Of a stretch of DNA of 55,621 nt, positions 26,573 through 34,890 are shown piece after piece. A model generated the notes under the pieces. It worked only from the letters and a program-made list of their open reading frames with translations. It searched no databases and had not been told where the DNA came from. The translations under genes and the position numbers were made by a program. Every line of letters starts with the position of its first letter. The stretch's first letter is position 1. The stretch lies in the NCBI GenBank assembly GCA_034927475.1, contig JAYFPW010000006.1, positions 75,197-130,817 on the forward strand, read 5' to 3'. The DNA comes from Candidatus Elulimicrobiales bacterium. Lineage in GTDB: Bacteria; Patescibacteriota; Minisyncoccia; Phycocordibacterales; UBA5272.

Positions 26573-26601
26573 TTGACATATAATTTTAAATATATTATAT
26601 T
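26573..26601 (+). promoter_or_regulatory. Promoter of a small stand-alone transcription unit
   Basis: TTGACA, 17-nt spacer, TATATT. The TTG of the -35 element is the start listed in the ORF track. Confidence 0.55.
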
Positions 26602-26644
26602 AGCCGAAGCTAAAAATAAGTATAAACATTTAAACCTTTTTATT

Positions 26645-26806
26645 ATGTTCATTTTGAAAGAAGAAACCTTAATGGTTTGGTCGAGTGCATTGTATGCTCC
26701 CAAAAAAGAAACTTCAACAGACACTTTTGAAAATAAAAATCAAAAGCAAGAAGTGGAATTTTTTCCAGAGTGGATGCCGGCACTTGCTGAACCAAGCTTA
26801 AATTAA
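26645..26806 (+). CDS. Small hypothetical protein (53 aa; a 44-aa version starts at ATG 26672)
   Basis: The ORF is bracketed by its own promoter (26573-26601) and terminator (26822-26852). There is no homology evidence. Confidence 0.35.
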   Translation: MFILKEETLMVWSSALYAPKKETSTDTFENKNQKQEVEFFPEWMPALAEPSLN

Positions 26807-26821
26807 CTTCAGTTATCAATT

Positions 26822-26852
26822 AAAAGACGAGAGAAATCTCGTCTTTTATTAT
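26822..26852 (+). terminator. Rho-independent terminator
   Basis: Hairpin aaaagacgaga / tctcgtctttt followed by a T-rich tail. Confidence 0.8.
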
Positions 26853-26881
26853 TTGACTATTTTTATAAATCCTGGTATATT
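26853..26881 (+). promoter_or_regulatory. Promoter of the 74-aa gene
   Basis: TTGACT, 17-nt spacer, TATATT, with TG at the extended -10 position. Confidence 0.55.
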
Positions 26882-26942
26882 TAAAATCAGAATGTACTAA
26901 CTATTTAGAATCGGGGACAGGAAGTATCTGAACACATGAACA

Positions 26943-27167
26943 ATGAGTAGTGGAAAGACTATTAGCAGTGACAAAGATGATACCCATTGGACAAAAGTTG
27001 TTTCAAACGACAGGGGTATTTCTACCATGGTAGGTAAAAATGACGGAAGCGGAAAACATTGCAATTCTCACCGTAATTATGATGGTTCAATCCATGTTAA
27101 ACATCGTGGAGAATGTAAGGTTTGTGATGATGAGAGAGGAAGTTCTGATTCCGGAGGTGGAAAATAA
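26943..27167 (+). CDS. Small hydrophilic His/Cys/Gly-rich hypothetical protein (74 aa)
   Basis: Has its own promoter and terminator. HCNSH...H..H...CKVC suggests a small metal-binding motif. I recognise no homology. Confidence 0.45.
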   Translation: MSSGKTISSDKDDTHWTKVVSNDRGISTMVGKNDGSGKHCNSHRNYDGSIHVKHRGECKVCDDERGSSDSGGGK

Positions 27168-27172
27168 GATTT

Positions 27173-27205
27173 AAAAAGAGTGTACGCACACTCTTTTTAT
27201 TTTTG
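27173..27205 (+). terminator. Rho-independent terminator
   Basis: Hairpin aaaaagagtgt / acactcttttt followed by atttttg. Confidence 0.8.
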
Positions 27206-27212
27206 AGGAAAA

Positions 27213-27221
27213 TGATATAAT
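27213..27221 (+). promoter_or_regulatory. Extended -10 element TGATATAAT, 7 nt before ATG 27228 (leaderless candidate)
   Basis: The -10 element ends at 27221 and the A of the ATG is at 27228. Confidence 0.5.
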
Positions 27222-27227
27222 TTTATT

Positions 27228-27593
27228 ATGGTAGAAAAAATAGAAAAAGATTTAAAAGATAAATTAATAAAATCGGCCGAAGAAAACAAGCCTCTTTTCA
27301 GAGACCAGTTAGTATATGATTGTTATCTCTTATTCAAAATTTTAGAGAAAAATAAAGATGTAAAAGTAGCTGAAGCTTTTAAAGATTTTCTTTGGCAGAA
27401 ATATGAATTTGCAAAAAAAACTTCTCCAGAAGGGGGTATAGCAGAAATTGTTGGTATAGAAGCTTCACTTTTGAATGTGGCAGAGTATTTTTATTTGCTT
27501 GCAGACAATGATAAGTCGGAAGAAAGTGAAAAACTTCTTAAAAATTTCCGAGAGAATGCTTTAGAGTTTTTTGAATCTTATGGAAAATTTTAA
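27228..27593 (+). CDS. Hypothetical all-helical protein (121 aa)
   Basis: The ORF overlaps the next gene by 14 nt. I recognise no motif. Confidence 0.5.
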   Translation: MVEKIEKDLKDKLIKSAEENKPLFRDQLVYDCYLLFKILEKNKDVKVAEAFKDFLWQKYEFAKKTSPEGGIAEIVGIEASLLNVAEYFYLLADNDKSEESEKLLKNFRENALEFFESYGKF

Positions 27594-28224
27594 AAAATCT
27601 AAGTCTTTAGAAAATAAAAGTGAACTAGTAAGAGCTAAAGAAAAAGCTAAAATTATTGATAACTTGCCAATCCAAATCTTGGAGGGTCGTTCAATTTCTC
27701 TTTTAGAAATATCTTCTGATTATGATATAGAAGATTTTTACAATTTAGTTAATTCTAATGAAGATTTCTCTCATTTTGTTTCTAGAGGGTTTAAGAATAA
27801 TCAAGATTTTGAAAGTTTTAAAGAAGAAATAGCTAAATGGTTTAATTCACGTACTAATTTTATATTTTTATGTAAACGAAAAACTGAAAACCTAGCTTCT
27901 TTCGGTGTTGTTATTTTGTATGATTTGAACACCTTAAAAGATGAGGTAAGTTTATCTGTCTTTTTGGAAGAAGAAAAAAGAAACTCTCAAATATTTTCAC
28001 AAATATTTTTATTAATCTCAGATTTTATTTTTAATAAATTAGATATAGAAAGTGCTAAATTTGAGATTTATTCCGATAATGAATATATGTTGAATATGGT
28101 TAGAAAAAGAGAGAAATTCGGAGTAAAAGAAGAAGAAAGTTCCAGAAAAGATTTAAAGAAATTTACTCTATCCAAAAATGAAGGAAAACATCTACTTTTT
28201 AAATTCAAAGATCTTTATTTGTAG
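27580..28224 (+). CDS. GNAT-like (RimJ/RimL-type) acetyltransferase-fold protein with a degenerate acetyl-CoA motif (tentative)
   Basis: The layout ISLLEIS..D..DFYNLV...FIFLC.....ASFGVVILYDLN...EVSLSVFL...IFSQIFLLISDFIFNKLDIESAKFEIYSDNEYMLNMVRK..FGVKEEE follows the Acetyltransf_3 pattern. The usual R/Q-x-x-G-x-G/A motif is absent. Confidence 0.45.
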   Translation: MENFKKSKSLENKSELVRAKEKAKIIDNLPIQILEGRSISLLEISSDYDIEDFYNLVNSNEDFSHFVSRGFKNNQDFESFKEEIAKWFNSRTNFIFLCKRKTENLASFGVVILYDLNTLKDEVSLSVFLEEEKRNSQIFSQIFLLISDFIFNKLDIESAKFEIYSDNEYMLNMVRKREKFGVKEEESSRKDLKKFTLSKNEGKHLLFKFKDLYL

Positions 28225-28269
28225 AATTTATTTTTTGTGGACAACTTTTGAAAAATATGCTGGGTATAA

Positions 28270-28278
28270 TGATATAAT
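28270..28278 (+). promoter_or_regulatory. Extended -10 element TGATATAAT; a second TATAAT lies at 28265-28270
   Basis: Read directly. Lies upstream of ATG 28316. Confidence 0.4.
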
Positions 28279-28315
28279 TTATTTATAAATTACAAGTAAT
28301 AAATTTATTATAAAT

Positions 28316-31300
28316 ATGCTCAAAAAATTTTATAAGCTCTTTCCTTTTGTTTTAGTTTTTTCTTTTATATTTATTTCAACTGCTTCTGCTCTCACAGTCC
28401 CTGCAGGGTGGTATAACTATTCTGTGGCTGGTACATCATTTTCCGCTAAAGCTTGTGATAGACCAGAAGGAGCTTTCTCTGGAACTAAAAACTGTATTGC
28501 AGATATAGTGACAAATAGTGCTTTAGATAAAGTAGATGTTTCTTATTCTGACCAAGATCTAGGACAAACTTTAAAGTTGTATAAAGATACCACATCTGTC
28601 TCTACAAATCTTTTGGTAACTAGTTCTTCTAATACCTGTACACCTTCTACTCCTTGTGTATATAAGGACAAACCTTCTTGGTCTGCGTCGACAGGATTAA
28701 AAACTAGACAGTACATTGTTAACGATGAAACAACTGATAGTTCGGCAGCTATTTATAATATCACCCTCTCCTACGCGCCAATTGGAATCACAGGGCTAGT
28801 GGACGGAGCAAATTTTACTTGGGGTAATTCTTTACCTTTAAATAAAACTGTGAATATTACTTGTACAAATGCTACCAACATGACTCTTGATGGTGTATCT
28901 GTGGGTACAAAAAATGGTTACACCATAACATACCCTTTTACAAACACTAATAGCAGTACAAATACAATAACAAAAACTATTGTATGTACAAATATTGGTG
29001 GGACAACAAATCAACAAACTAGAACTTTTAATCTTCCAGGACAAATATCTGGAACCATAACAGCTACAAACTGTACTATCGCTAATGGAGCAAGCACTTG
29101 TAATTCTACTGTAAGCTGGAATACTATTAATCCCGGTAGTACTATTTCACAAGTCACAAGTAATTATCCTTCAGCTGGAACGGTCATTTCTAACACAAAT
29201 ACAAACTCTCAATCTATAGCTATACCGTACTCTTCTAGAGCTTTCTTTTTATATAACGGCGGAGCAAAACTTGATGAAGCTACAGCTGTTGCTACTTGTG
29301 CTACTGGCACAAGTTGGAATGCTTATCAGGGTAAATGTACTCCAGCTCCAACTACCACTTTGACTGGTGCTAACTGTACTATAGCTCTAGGTGCTAATAG
29401 TTGTACTACCACAATTAATTGGAGTGTGACAAATCCTGCAGGCACTACTGCTGTCACCAGTAATTATCCAGCAGCAAATACCAGTATTGGTACCACTCAT
29501 ACTGGATCTGCGAGTGGTGTCACTATCCCATATGCTTCAAGAAGTTTTTGGCTTTATAACGGAGGAGTGCAAAAAGCGACTCTAACAGTCAACGCTCAAT
29601 GTTCTTCAGGACAATGGAACGCTTCTTTAGGAAAATGTGCTGTAGTTTGTCCTACTGCTTTAAATCAGGTTCCTAGTTCATCAGGCACAAGTTGTGTATG
29701 TAATCCTTCAACTTATGTAAAAGACTCAACTGGCTTTTGTCACGCACCTTGTGTAGATTCGACTTGGAATGAGACCACAAGGACTTGTACCGCTCCAGTA
29801 CCGTCTATTTCAGCTGCAGGTTGTACAATTTTAGGAAATGCAAATAGCTGTAATACTACTTTGACTTGGAGTATGACTAATCCTGTAGGCCCCACTGCTG
29901 TCACCAGTAACTATCCAACAGCAAACACCAGTATTGGTACCACTCATACAGGATCAATAAATATTGCTATACCATATTCTTCAAGGGCTTTCTTTTTGTA
30001 TAACAATAGTATTGAGAGAGCTAAAGTTATTCCAACTGCCACCTGTATCAACGGTACTAATTGGAATGGAAGTGTTTGTGCTTGTCCTGCAGACACTACT
30101 TGGGATGCAACAAGTAAAACTTGTAAACCTGTGATTCCTAGTTTGACTGCACCAAACTGTACAATCTTAGGAAATGCAAATAGTTGTAATACTACTGTTA
30201 CCTGGAGTGTGACAAATCCTATCAGCTCTACAGCACTGACAAGTAATCTTCCAGCGGCAAATACTGTTCTTTCTACTGCCAACTCTGGAACCTTAACCCA
30301 ATCAGTTCCTTATTCATCAAGAAGTTTTTATTTATACAATAATAATATAGAAAGAAAAGTTGTCACGACTTCCGCTACTTGTATAACGGGGACAACTTGG
30401 AATGGAAGTACTTGTGCTTGTCCTGCTGGACATCTTTGGAATGCAACTTCAAAAACTTGTAATAAAATGACTGGTACATTAACACCTAGTGCTACCACTT
30501 GTTCTATAGCTGCAGGAGCAAGTAGTTGTAATGTGAATTTGGCTTGGAATACTACAAATCCAATCGGAACATCAGCTGTCACCAGTCCAACCAATGATGC
30601 TGGAACTTTGATATCCACAACTGTAGCTACAGGAAATACTGGAACTAAGTCTGTCGCCATCCCTTATTCAACAAGAACCTTCTTCCTTTACAACAGCTCT
30701 ATTCAACTCGCTTCCACCACTGTAAAAGCTACTTGTGTTAGCGGTTCAAGTTGGGACGCAACTGCTAAAAAATGTTCATTACCTTCAGGTACCATCACAG
30801 CTCCAAACTGTACTATCGCTTACGGAGCTTCCAATTGTAACACTACCTTGACCTGGAACACTGTGAACCCAATCGGAACATCAGCTGTCACCAGTAATCT
30901 TCCAGCAGCCAATACTACAGTTGCTACAGGAAACTCTGGATCTGTAACTGCTGCAGTTTATTATCCAACCAGATCTTTCTATCTTTATAATAATGCTGTA
31001 GAGAGAGCGCAAATTACAGCAAATTCTACCTGTAATCCAGCCAATAGGACTGTTTGGGATGGAAGCAAATGTGCTTGTCCAGCAACAGCTCCAATTTGGG
31101 ATGCGACAAATGGATATTGTAGAAAAGAATGTTACTTCGATCAAAATTGGAATCCAGCTACAAATCAATGTGAAAATAAATGTGCGCAAGGTCTAGTATA
31201 TGTACCAGCAACAGATAGTTGTGAAAATATAAATAGACAACCTATTTGTACTTGGAAAGATATGACCTTTAAAGATGTAAGCTGTGATATTCTTTCTTAT

Positions 31301-31858
31301 CCATGTAGTGACGGCACAAGATCTACCTTTAATGTTGTTCATCAAAATAGCGCTCAAAACAAAACAATTCAAAGTGCAAACTCAACATATCAAAGTCCAA
31401 ATCAATTCCTTTGGCAAGATGGACAGCTTCGATACGATTATGTTTGTCCAAATAATACTTGGACAGCTACAGCATTAAAGAGGCCGTACACACACTTTGT
31501 GACTTTTGAAGTTTCAGCAGGACAGGTTCGAAAAGATTCTACTATTAATCTAAGTTGGAATGTTCAATTACCAAATGCAAGTTGTAAAATAGTTGGAACT
31601 TCGCTTAAAGATGGTAGAGAAATGTTTAATTCTGCGAATTACCAAAAAATTAGAGATAATCTAACCACGCCAATCACTTCGGTTACACCAGGATCTTTAA
31701 ATTATTCTAGAGTAGGCGATCATGAATCTTTAATGTCAGGTTATCTAAAAGTGTCTGAGTCTATGAGATTTACAGCGAGCTGTGTCGATACCGGATACTC
31801 TAAAGGATATTCTCAGCTCGTCCGCGATGTTTATGTAATAGACGAAGCTGATAGATAA
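28316..31858 (+). CDS. Large secreted Cys-rich tandem-repeat surface protein (1180 aa)
   Basis: Signal peptide (FVLVFSFIFISTASA). Six repeats of about 100-110 aa have the form NCTI..GA.SCNTT.TW...NP.G.TAVTSN.PAANT....G......IPYSSR.F.LYN........C..G..WNG..C.CP....W.A....C. A further C-terminal domain follows. Confidence 0.75.
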   Translation: MLKKFYKLFPFVLVFSFIFISTASALTVPAGWYNYSVAGTSFSAKACDRPEGAFSGTKNCIADIVTNSALDKVDVSYSDQDLGQTLKLYKDTTSVSTNLLVTSSSNTCTPSTPCVYKDKPSWSASTGLKTRQYIVNDETTDSSAAIYNITLSYAPIGITGLVDGANFTWGNSLPLNKTVNITCTNATNMTLDGVSVGTKNGYTITYPFTNTNSSTNTITKTIVCTNIGGTTNQQTRTFNLPGQISGTITATNCTIANGASTCNSTVSWNTINPGSTISQVTSNYPSAGTVISNTNTNSQSIAIPYSSRAFFLYNGGAKLDEATAVATCATGTSWNAYQGKCTPAPTTTLTGANCTIALGANSCTTTINWSVTNPAGTTAVTSNYPAANTSIGTTHTGSASGVTIPYASRSFWLYNGGVQKATLTVNAQCSSGQWNASLGKCAVVCPTALNQVPSSSGTSCVCNPSTYVKDSTGFCHAPCVDSTWNETTRTCTAPVPSISAAGCTILGNANSCNTTLTWSMTNPVGPTAVTSNYPTANTSIGTTHTGSINIAIPYSSRAFFLYNNSIERAKVIPTATCINGTNWNGSVCACPADTTWDATSKTCKPVIPSLTAPNCTILGNANSCNTTVTWSVTNPISSTALTSNLPAANTVLSTANSGTLTQSVPYSSRSFYLYNNNIERKVVTTSATCITGTTWNGSTCACPAGHLWNATSKTCNKMTGTLTPSATTCSIAAGASSCNVNLAWNTTNPIGTSAVTSPTNDAGTLISTTVATGNTGTKSVAIPYSTRTFFLYNSSIQLASTTVKATCVSGSSWDATAKKCSLPSGTITAPNCTIAYGASNCNTTLTWNTVNPIGTSAVTSNLPAANTTVATGNSGSVTAAVYYPTRSFYLYNNAVERAQITANSTCNPANRTVWDGSKCACPATAPIWDATNGYCRKECYFDQNWNPATNQCENKCAQGLVYVPATDSCENINRQPICTWKDMTFKDVSCDILSYPCSDGTRSTFNVVHQNSAQNKTIQSANSTYQSPNQFLWQDGQLRYDYVCPNNTWTATALKRPYTHFVTFEVSAGQVRKDSTINLSWNVQLPNASCKIVGTSLKDGREMFNSANYQKIRDNLTTPITSVTPGSLNYSRVGDHESLMSGYLKVSESMRFTASCVDTGYSKGYSQLVRDVYVIDEADR
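29038..31100 (+). repeat. Six in-frame tandem repeats of about 310-340 nt inside the 1180-aa gene
   Basis: Repeat starts lie near 29038, 29350, 29801, 30134, 30470 and 30783. As an example, 29449-29508 and 29896-29955 are identical at 56 of 60 nt. Confidence 0.8.
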
Positions 31859-31884
31859 TTTAAAAATAAATAGTTTTTAAGAAT

Positions 31885-31912
31885 AAAAATCACCGTAGAG
31901 GTGGTTTTTATT
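31885..31912 (+). terminator. Rho-independent terminator after the 1180-aa gene
   Basis: Hairpin aaaaatcacc / ggtggttttt. Confidence 0.7.
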
Positions 31913-31940
31913 TGACTTTATTCTTTATTTTTGCTAATAT
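31912..31940 (+). promoter_or_regulatory. Promoter of the S19-L22-S3-L16-S17-L14-L24-L5 block
   Basis: TTGACT, 17-nt spacer, TAATAT, with TG at the extended -10 position (TGCTAATAT). Confidence 0.6.
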
Positions 31941-32010
31941 TCTTTCATTAATAAATCTATCCTTATTTGACTTAATTAAAGTTAAAGTGTTTGATTTATT
32001 GTAAATAATT

Positions 32011-32370
32011 ATGACAAGATCAGCTAAAAAAGGTCCATATGTAGACGAGAGGGTTTTGAAAAAAGTTCTCGGTAAAAAACCTGAAGATACAGGAGTTATT
32101 AAAACTTGGATTCGTTCATGTACTATTTCTCCAGAAATGATTGGTTTTACTTTTGGTGTTTACAATGGCAAAAGTCATATCGAAGTTTTGGTTACAGAAG
32201 ATATGGTAGGTCACAAACTTGGTGAATTTTCTCCAACTCGTAAATTTGTTAGACACGGAGGAAAAATGCAAAAAGAAATTGATCAAAAAGCAAAGCAGGC
32301 TGAAATTGATGCAGCTAAAGCTGCTAAAAGTACAGCTTCTGATGCCAAAAAGCCAGCTGCTAAAAAATAA
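32011..32370 (+). CDS. rpsS: 30S ribosomal protein S19 with a Lys/Ala-rich C-terminal extension
   Basis: [12 protein letters not shown]..., [29 protein letters not shown]. The tail is [25 protein letters not shown]. Confidence 0.95.
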   Translation: MTRSAKKGPYVDERVLKKVLGKKPEDTGVIKTWIRSCTISPEMIGFTFGVYNGKSHIEVLVTEDMVGHKLGEFSPTRKFVRHGGKMQKEIDQKAKQAEIDAAKAAKSTASDAKKPAAKK

Positions 32371-32450
32371 TTTATAAGTCAAACATTTAAAATTAAATAT
32401 AGGTTTCCAATCAATTATTTAAAAATAATGAGGACAGGAAAATAAAAAAT

Positions 32451-32780
32451 ATGAAAGCAATATTATCAAACTATAGACAAGCCCCAAGAAAAACAGCTCT
32501 AATTTCAGAGCTTATTCGTGGTAAGTCAGTAAAAGAAGCCAGAGCTATTTTGAGTAAACTTATTAAAAGAGGAGCTTTGCCTATGTCAAAATTATTAGAA
32601 TCAGCTGTAGCTAATGCTAAAAATAATGACAAAATTTCAAATACAGATGATTTAATCGTCTCTACTTATGTAAATAAAGGTAAAGTCTTAAAAAGATGGA
32701 GACCTAGAGCTATGGGTAGAGCTTTTCCTATTCATAAACATACAAGCCATATTGTTATAGAACTTAAAGAAAAAAAATAA
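32451..32780 (+). CDS. rplV: 50S ribosomal protein L22
   Basis: RQAPRKTALISELIRGKSV.EA...L and RWRPRAMGRAFPIHKHTSHI. Confidence 0.95.
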   Translation: MKAILSNYRQAPRKTALISELIRGKSVKEARAILSKLIKRGALPMSKLLESAVANAKNNDKISNTDDLIVSTYVNKGKVLKRWRPRAMGRAFPIHKHTSHIVIELKEKK

Positions 32781-32794
32781 TTTATTAAAAATTT

Positions 32795-33502
32795 ATGACA
32801 CACATAGTAAATCCATATTCACATAGAGTCGGTATCATTCGCGGATGGAAATCTCGCTGGTTTGGAAATAAAGGAAACTTTGTCTCTAATTTAAAAGGAG
32901 ATGTTTTGCTTCGTAAATATTTAGATAAAAGATTAAGAGGTATGTATGTTGCGGAAGTTGAAATCGAAAGAAGTCAAAAAGAATTTCGTGTGGCTATACA
33001 CACTTCTCGCCCTGGAATGATTATCGGTAGAGGAGGTGATGGTATTGATAAACTTCGTAAAGATATTGTCAAAGAAATGAAAAGAGCAGAGACAGAATTT
33101 CCTGCAAACTTTAAATTAGACATTGTGGAAGTAGCTAATCCAGAAGCTTCAGCTGCTATTGTAGCTCAAATGGTTGCCGATCAATTGGAAAAAAGAATTC
33201 CATTCAGAAGAGTTTTAAAAGGAACCATTGAAAAAGTTATGGCTAATCGTGAAGTCTTTGGAGCAAGAATTGCTGTTGCCGGAAGACTTGGTGGAGCAGA
33301 AATGGCTCGTAGAGAGCAAATTAGAAAAGGAGGTATTCCTCTTCAAACTCTTCGCGCAGATATCGATTTTGCTAAAGAAAAAGCATATATGCCTTACGGT
33401 ACAATCGGTATTAAAGTTTGGATTTATCGTGGCATGAAATATGAAAAAGATGCTCACACCAAAGGTTATTCAAGTGTAAATGAAGAGCTTTCCAAAAAAT
33501 AA
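32795..33502 (+). CDS. rpsC: 30S ribosomal protein S3
   Basis: VNPYSHRVGIIRGWKSRWF, KH-domain GMIIGRGG, GRLGGAEMAR. Confidence 0.96.
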   Translation: MTHIVNPYSHRVGIIRGWKSRWFGNKGNFVSNLKGDVLLRKYLDKRLRGMYVAEVEIERSQKEFRVAIHTSRPGMIIGRGGDGIDKLRKDIVKEMKRAETEFPANFKLDIVEVANPEASAAIVAQMVADQLEKRIPFRRVLKGTIEKVMANREVFGARIAVAGRLGGAEMARREQIRKGGIPLQTLRADIDFAKEKAYMPYGTIGIKVWIYRGMKYEKDAHTKGYSSVNEELSKK

Positions 33503-33526
33503 TTTTATTAATTTAATTTCAAATAT

Positions 33527-33949
33527 ATGTTATTCCCAAAAAAAGTTAAACATCGCAAATGGCAATCTGCTAGATCTTCTCTAAAGAAAGCGGCACGCCC
33601 TGAAACCAAAGGAGTCAATGTAGATTTTGGATCTTTTGGACTAAAAGCTGAAACTGATAAAAGAATCACCAGTAATCAAATCGAAGCTGCAAGACGCGCT
33701 ATGGTTCGTTACGGTGGAAAGACAGCAAAGTTTTGGATTCGTGTTTTCCCTGATAGACCTTTCACTCAAAAAGGAGCTGAGGTTCCTATGGGTAAAGGAA
33801 AAGGAGATCCAAAAGGCTATTGTGTAGAAGTTCGTCCAGGAAGAATTATTTTTGAAATCGATGGTGTTACTGAAGATGTTGCTAGAGAAGCTCTTCGTAA
33901 AGCTGGAACAAAGCTTCCAATTAAAACTAAAGTCGTGGCTAGAGTATAA
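33527..33949 (+). CDS. rplP: 50S ribosomal protein L16
   Basis: PKKVKHRK..., GSFGLKA..RITSNQIEAARRAM, MGKGKGDP. Confidence 0.96.
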   Translation: MLFPKKVKHRKWQSARSSLKKAARPETKGVNVDFGSFGLKAETDKRITSNQIEAARRAMVRYGGKTAKFWIRVFPDRPFTQKGAEVPMGKGKGDPKGYCVEVRPGRIIFEIDGVTEDVAREALRKAGTKLPIKTKVVARV

Positions 33950-33991
33950 AATACTTGAAAAACAAAGCAAAATAAGTTAATATATAAAACT

Positions 33992-34249
33992 ATGAATAAA
34001 CAAACAGTAATCAAACACAAGAAAAAAATCGACGGAGTTGTTGTATCCGATAAAATGGATAAAACTGTTGTTGTTAATGCTCAAAGATTTGTCAAACATA
34101 AAAAATATGGCAAATATTATAAAATTGATAAAAAGTTTAAAGCTCACGACGAAAACAACGAATACAAAGTTGGTGATAAAGTTACCATTGAAGAAACTCG
34201 TCCAATCTCCAAAGATAAAAATTTTAAAGTTTTAAAGAAAAGAGATTAA
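33992..34249 (+). CDS. rpsQ: 30S ribosomal protein S17
   Basis: [14 protein letters not shown]...[19 protein letters not shown]....[13 protein letters not shown]. Confidence 0.94.
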   Translation: MNKQTVIKHKKKIDGVVVSDKMDKTVVVNAQRFVKHKKYGKYYKIDKKFKAHDENNEYKVGDKVTIEETRPISKDKNFKVLKKRD

Positions 34250-34267
34250 TATTTTAATTATAAATGT

Positions 34268-34648
34268 ATGTTACAAGCAGGATCAAATTTAAAAATCACA
34301 GATAACACTGGAGCAAAAACCGGAAGAATTATCAAAGTTCTCGGTGGATCAAAAAGAAGATACGCTTCTATTGGTGATTTAGTCTGTCTTTCAGTAAAAG
34401 TTGCTGAACCAAGAAAGCAAGTCAAAAAGAAAGACGTTGTTTATGGTATTGTCGTCCGTACTTCTAAAGAATTTAGAAGAAAAGATGGTTCATATATTCG
34501 TTTTGATGACAATGCTGTCGTGCTTGTAGATAAAGCAAAGAAAGTTCCAAAGGCGAGTCGTGTTTTTGGACCTATTCCAAAAGAAATTTCTGAAAGTAAA
34601 AATGAAAATGTTAGAAAAATTGCTACCATGGCACCTGAAGTTATTTAA
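34268..34648 (+). CDS. rplN: 50S ribosomal protein L14
   Basis: MLQAGSNLKITDNTGAK...IGD......KDGSYIRFDDNAVVL....PKASRVFGPI..E. Confidence 0.96.
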   Translation: MLQAGSNLKITDNTGAKTGRIIKVLGGSKRRYASIGDLVCLSVKVAEPRKQVKKKDVVYGIVVRTSKEFRRKDGSYIRFDDNAVVLVDKAKKVPKASRVFGPIPKEISESKNENVRKIATMAPEVI

Positions 34649-34657
34649 AATAAATTT

Positions 34658-34876
34658 ATGAAAATTAAAAAAGGAGACAAAGTAAAAATGTTGGCAGGAA
34701 AAGATAAAGGAAAAGTTGGTACAGTTTCTGTCGCTTTACCACAAGTAGACAAAGTTATTGTCGACGGTATTAATATTGTAAAAAGACATAATAAACCAAA
34801 GAAAAAAGGAGAAAAAGGGGTTATTGTCGAAGTGTCTGCTCCTATTCATGTCAGCAATGTTAAAAAAGAAGCATAA
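34658..34876 (+). CDS. rplX: 50S ribosomal protein L24 (short form)
   Basis: MKIKKGDKVKMLAGKDKGKVGTV (KOW motif), and synteny. Confidence 0.92.
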   Translation: MKIKKGDKVKMLAGKDKGKVGTVSVALPQVDKVIVDGINIVKRHNKPKKKGEKGVIVEVSAPIHVSNVKKEA

Positions 34877-34890
34877 TTTAATTTAAATAT

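Noticed and set aside
26573-26644. TTG/GTG-extended N-termini given by the ORF track at 26573, 35530, 37911, 45850, 43403, 42501, 41321, 50280, 7131 and 8086.
   Set aside because: The extensions overlap promoter -35 or -10 elements or the upstream gene. An ATG in the recurrent A/T-rich context gives canonical N-termini such as MSRIGKQ for L6 and signal peptides.
29944-31189. Antisense ORFs of 102-112 aa (29944-30282, 30328-30660, 30881-31189) and the small ORF at 28838-29044.
   Set aside because: They mirror the tandem repeats of the 1180-aa sense gene, whose signal peptide, repeat periodicity and Cys pattern clearly mark the plus frame as coding.
28316-31858. The repeat protein as a target of a diversity-generating retroelement.
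   Set aside because: There is no reverse transcriptase in the window. There is also no template repeat outside the gene showing adenine-specific mismatches. The differences between repeats are not A-biased as far as I can see.
16721-32010. Calling the island a mobile element or prophage.
   Set aside because: I could find no integrase, transposase, recombinase, tRNA target or flanking direct repeats. The TraD-like ATPase alone is not enough.
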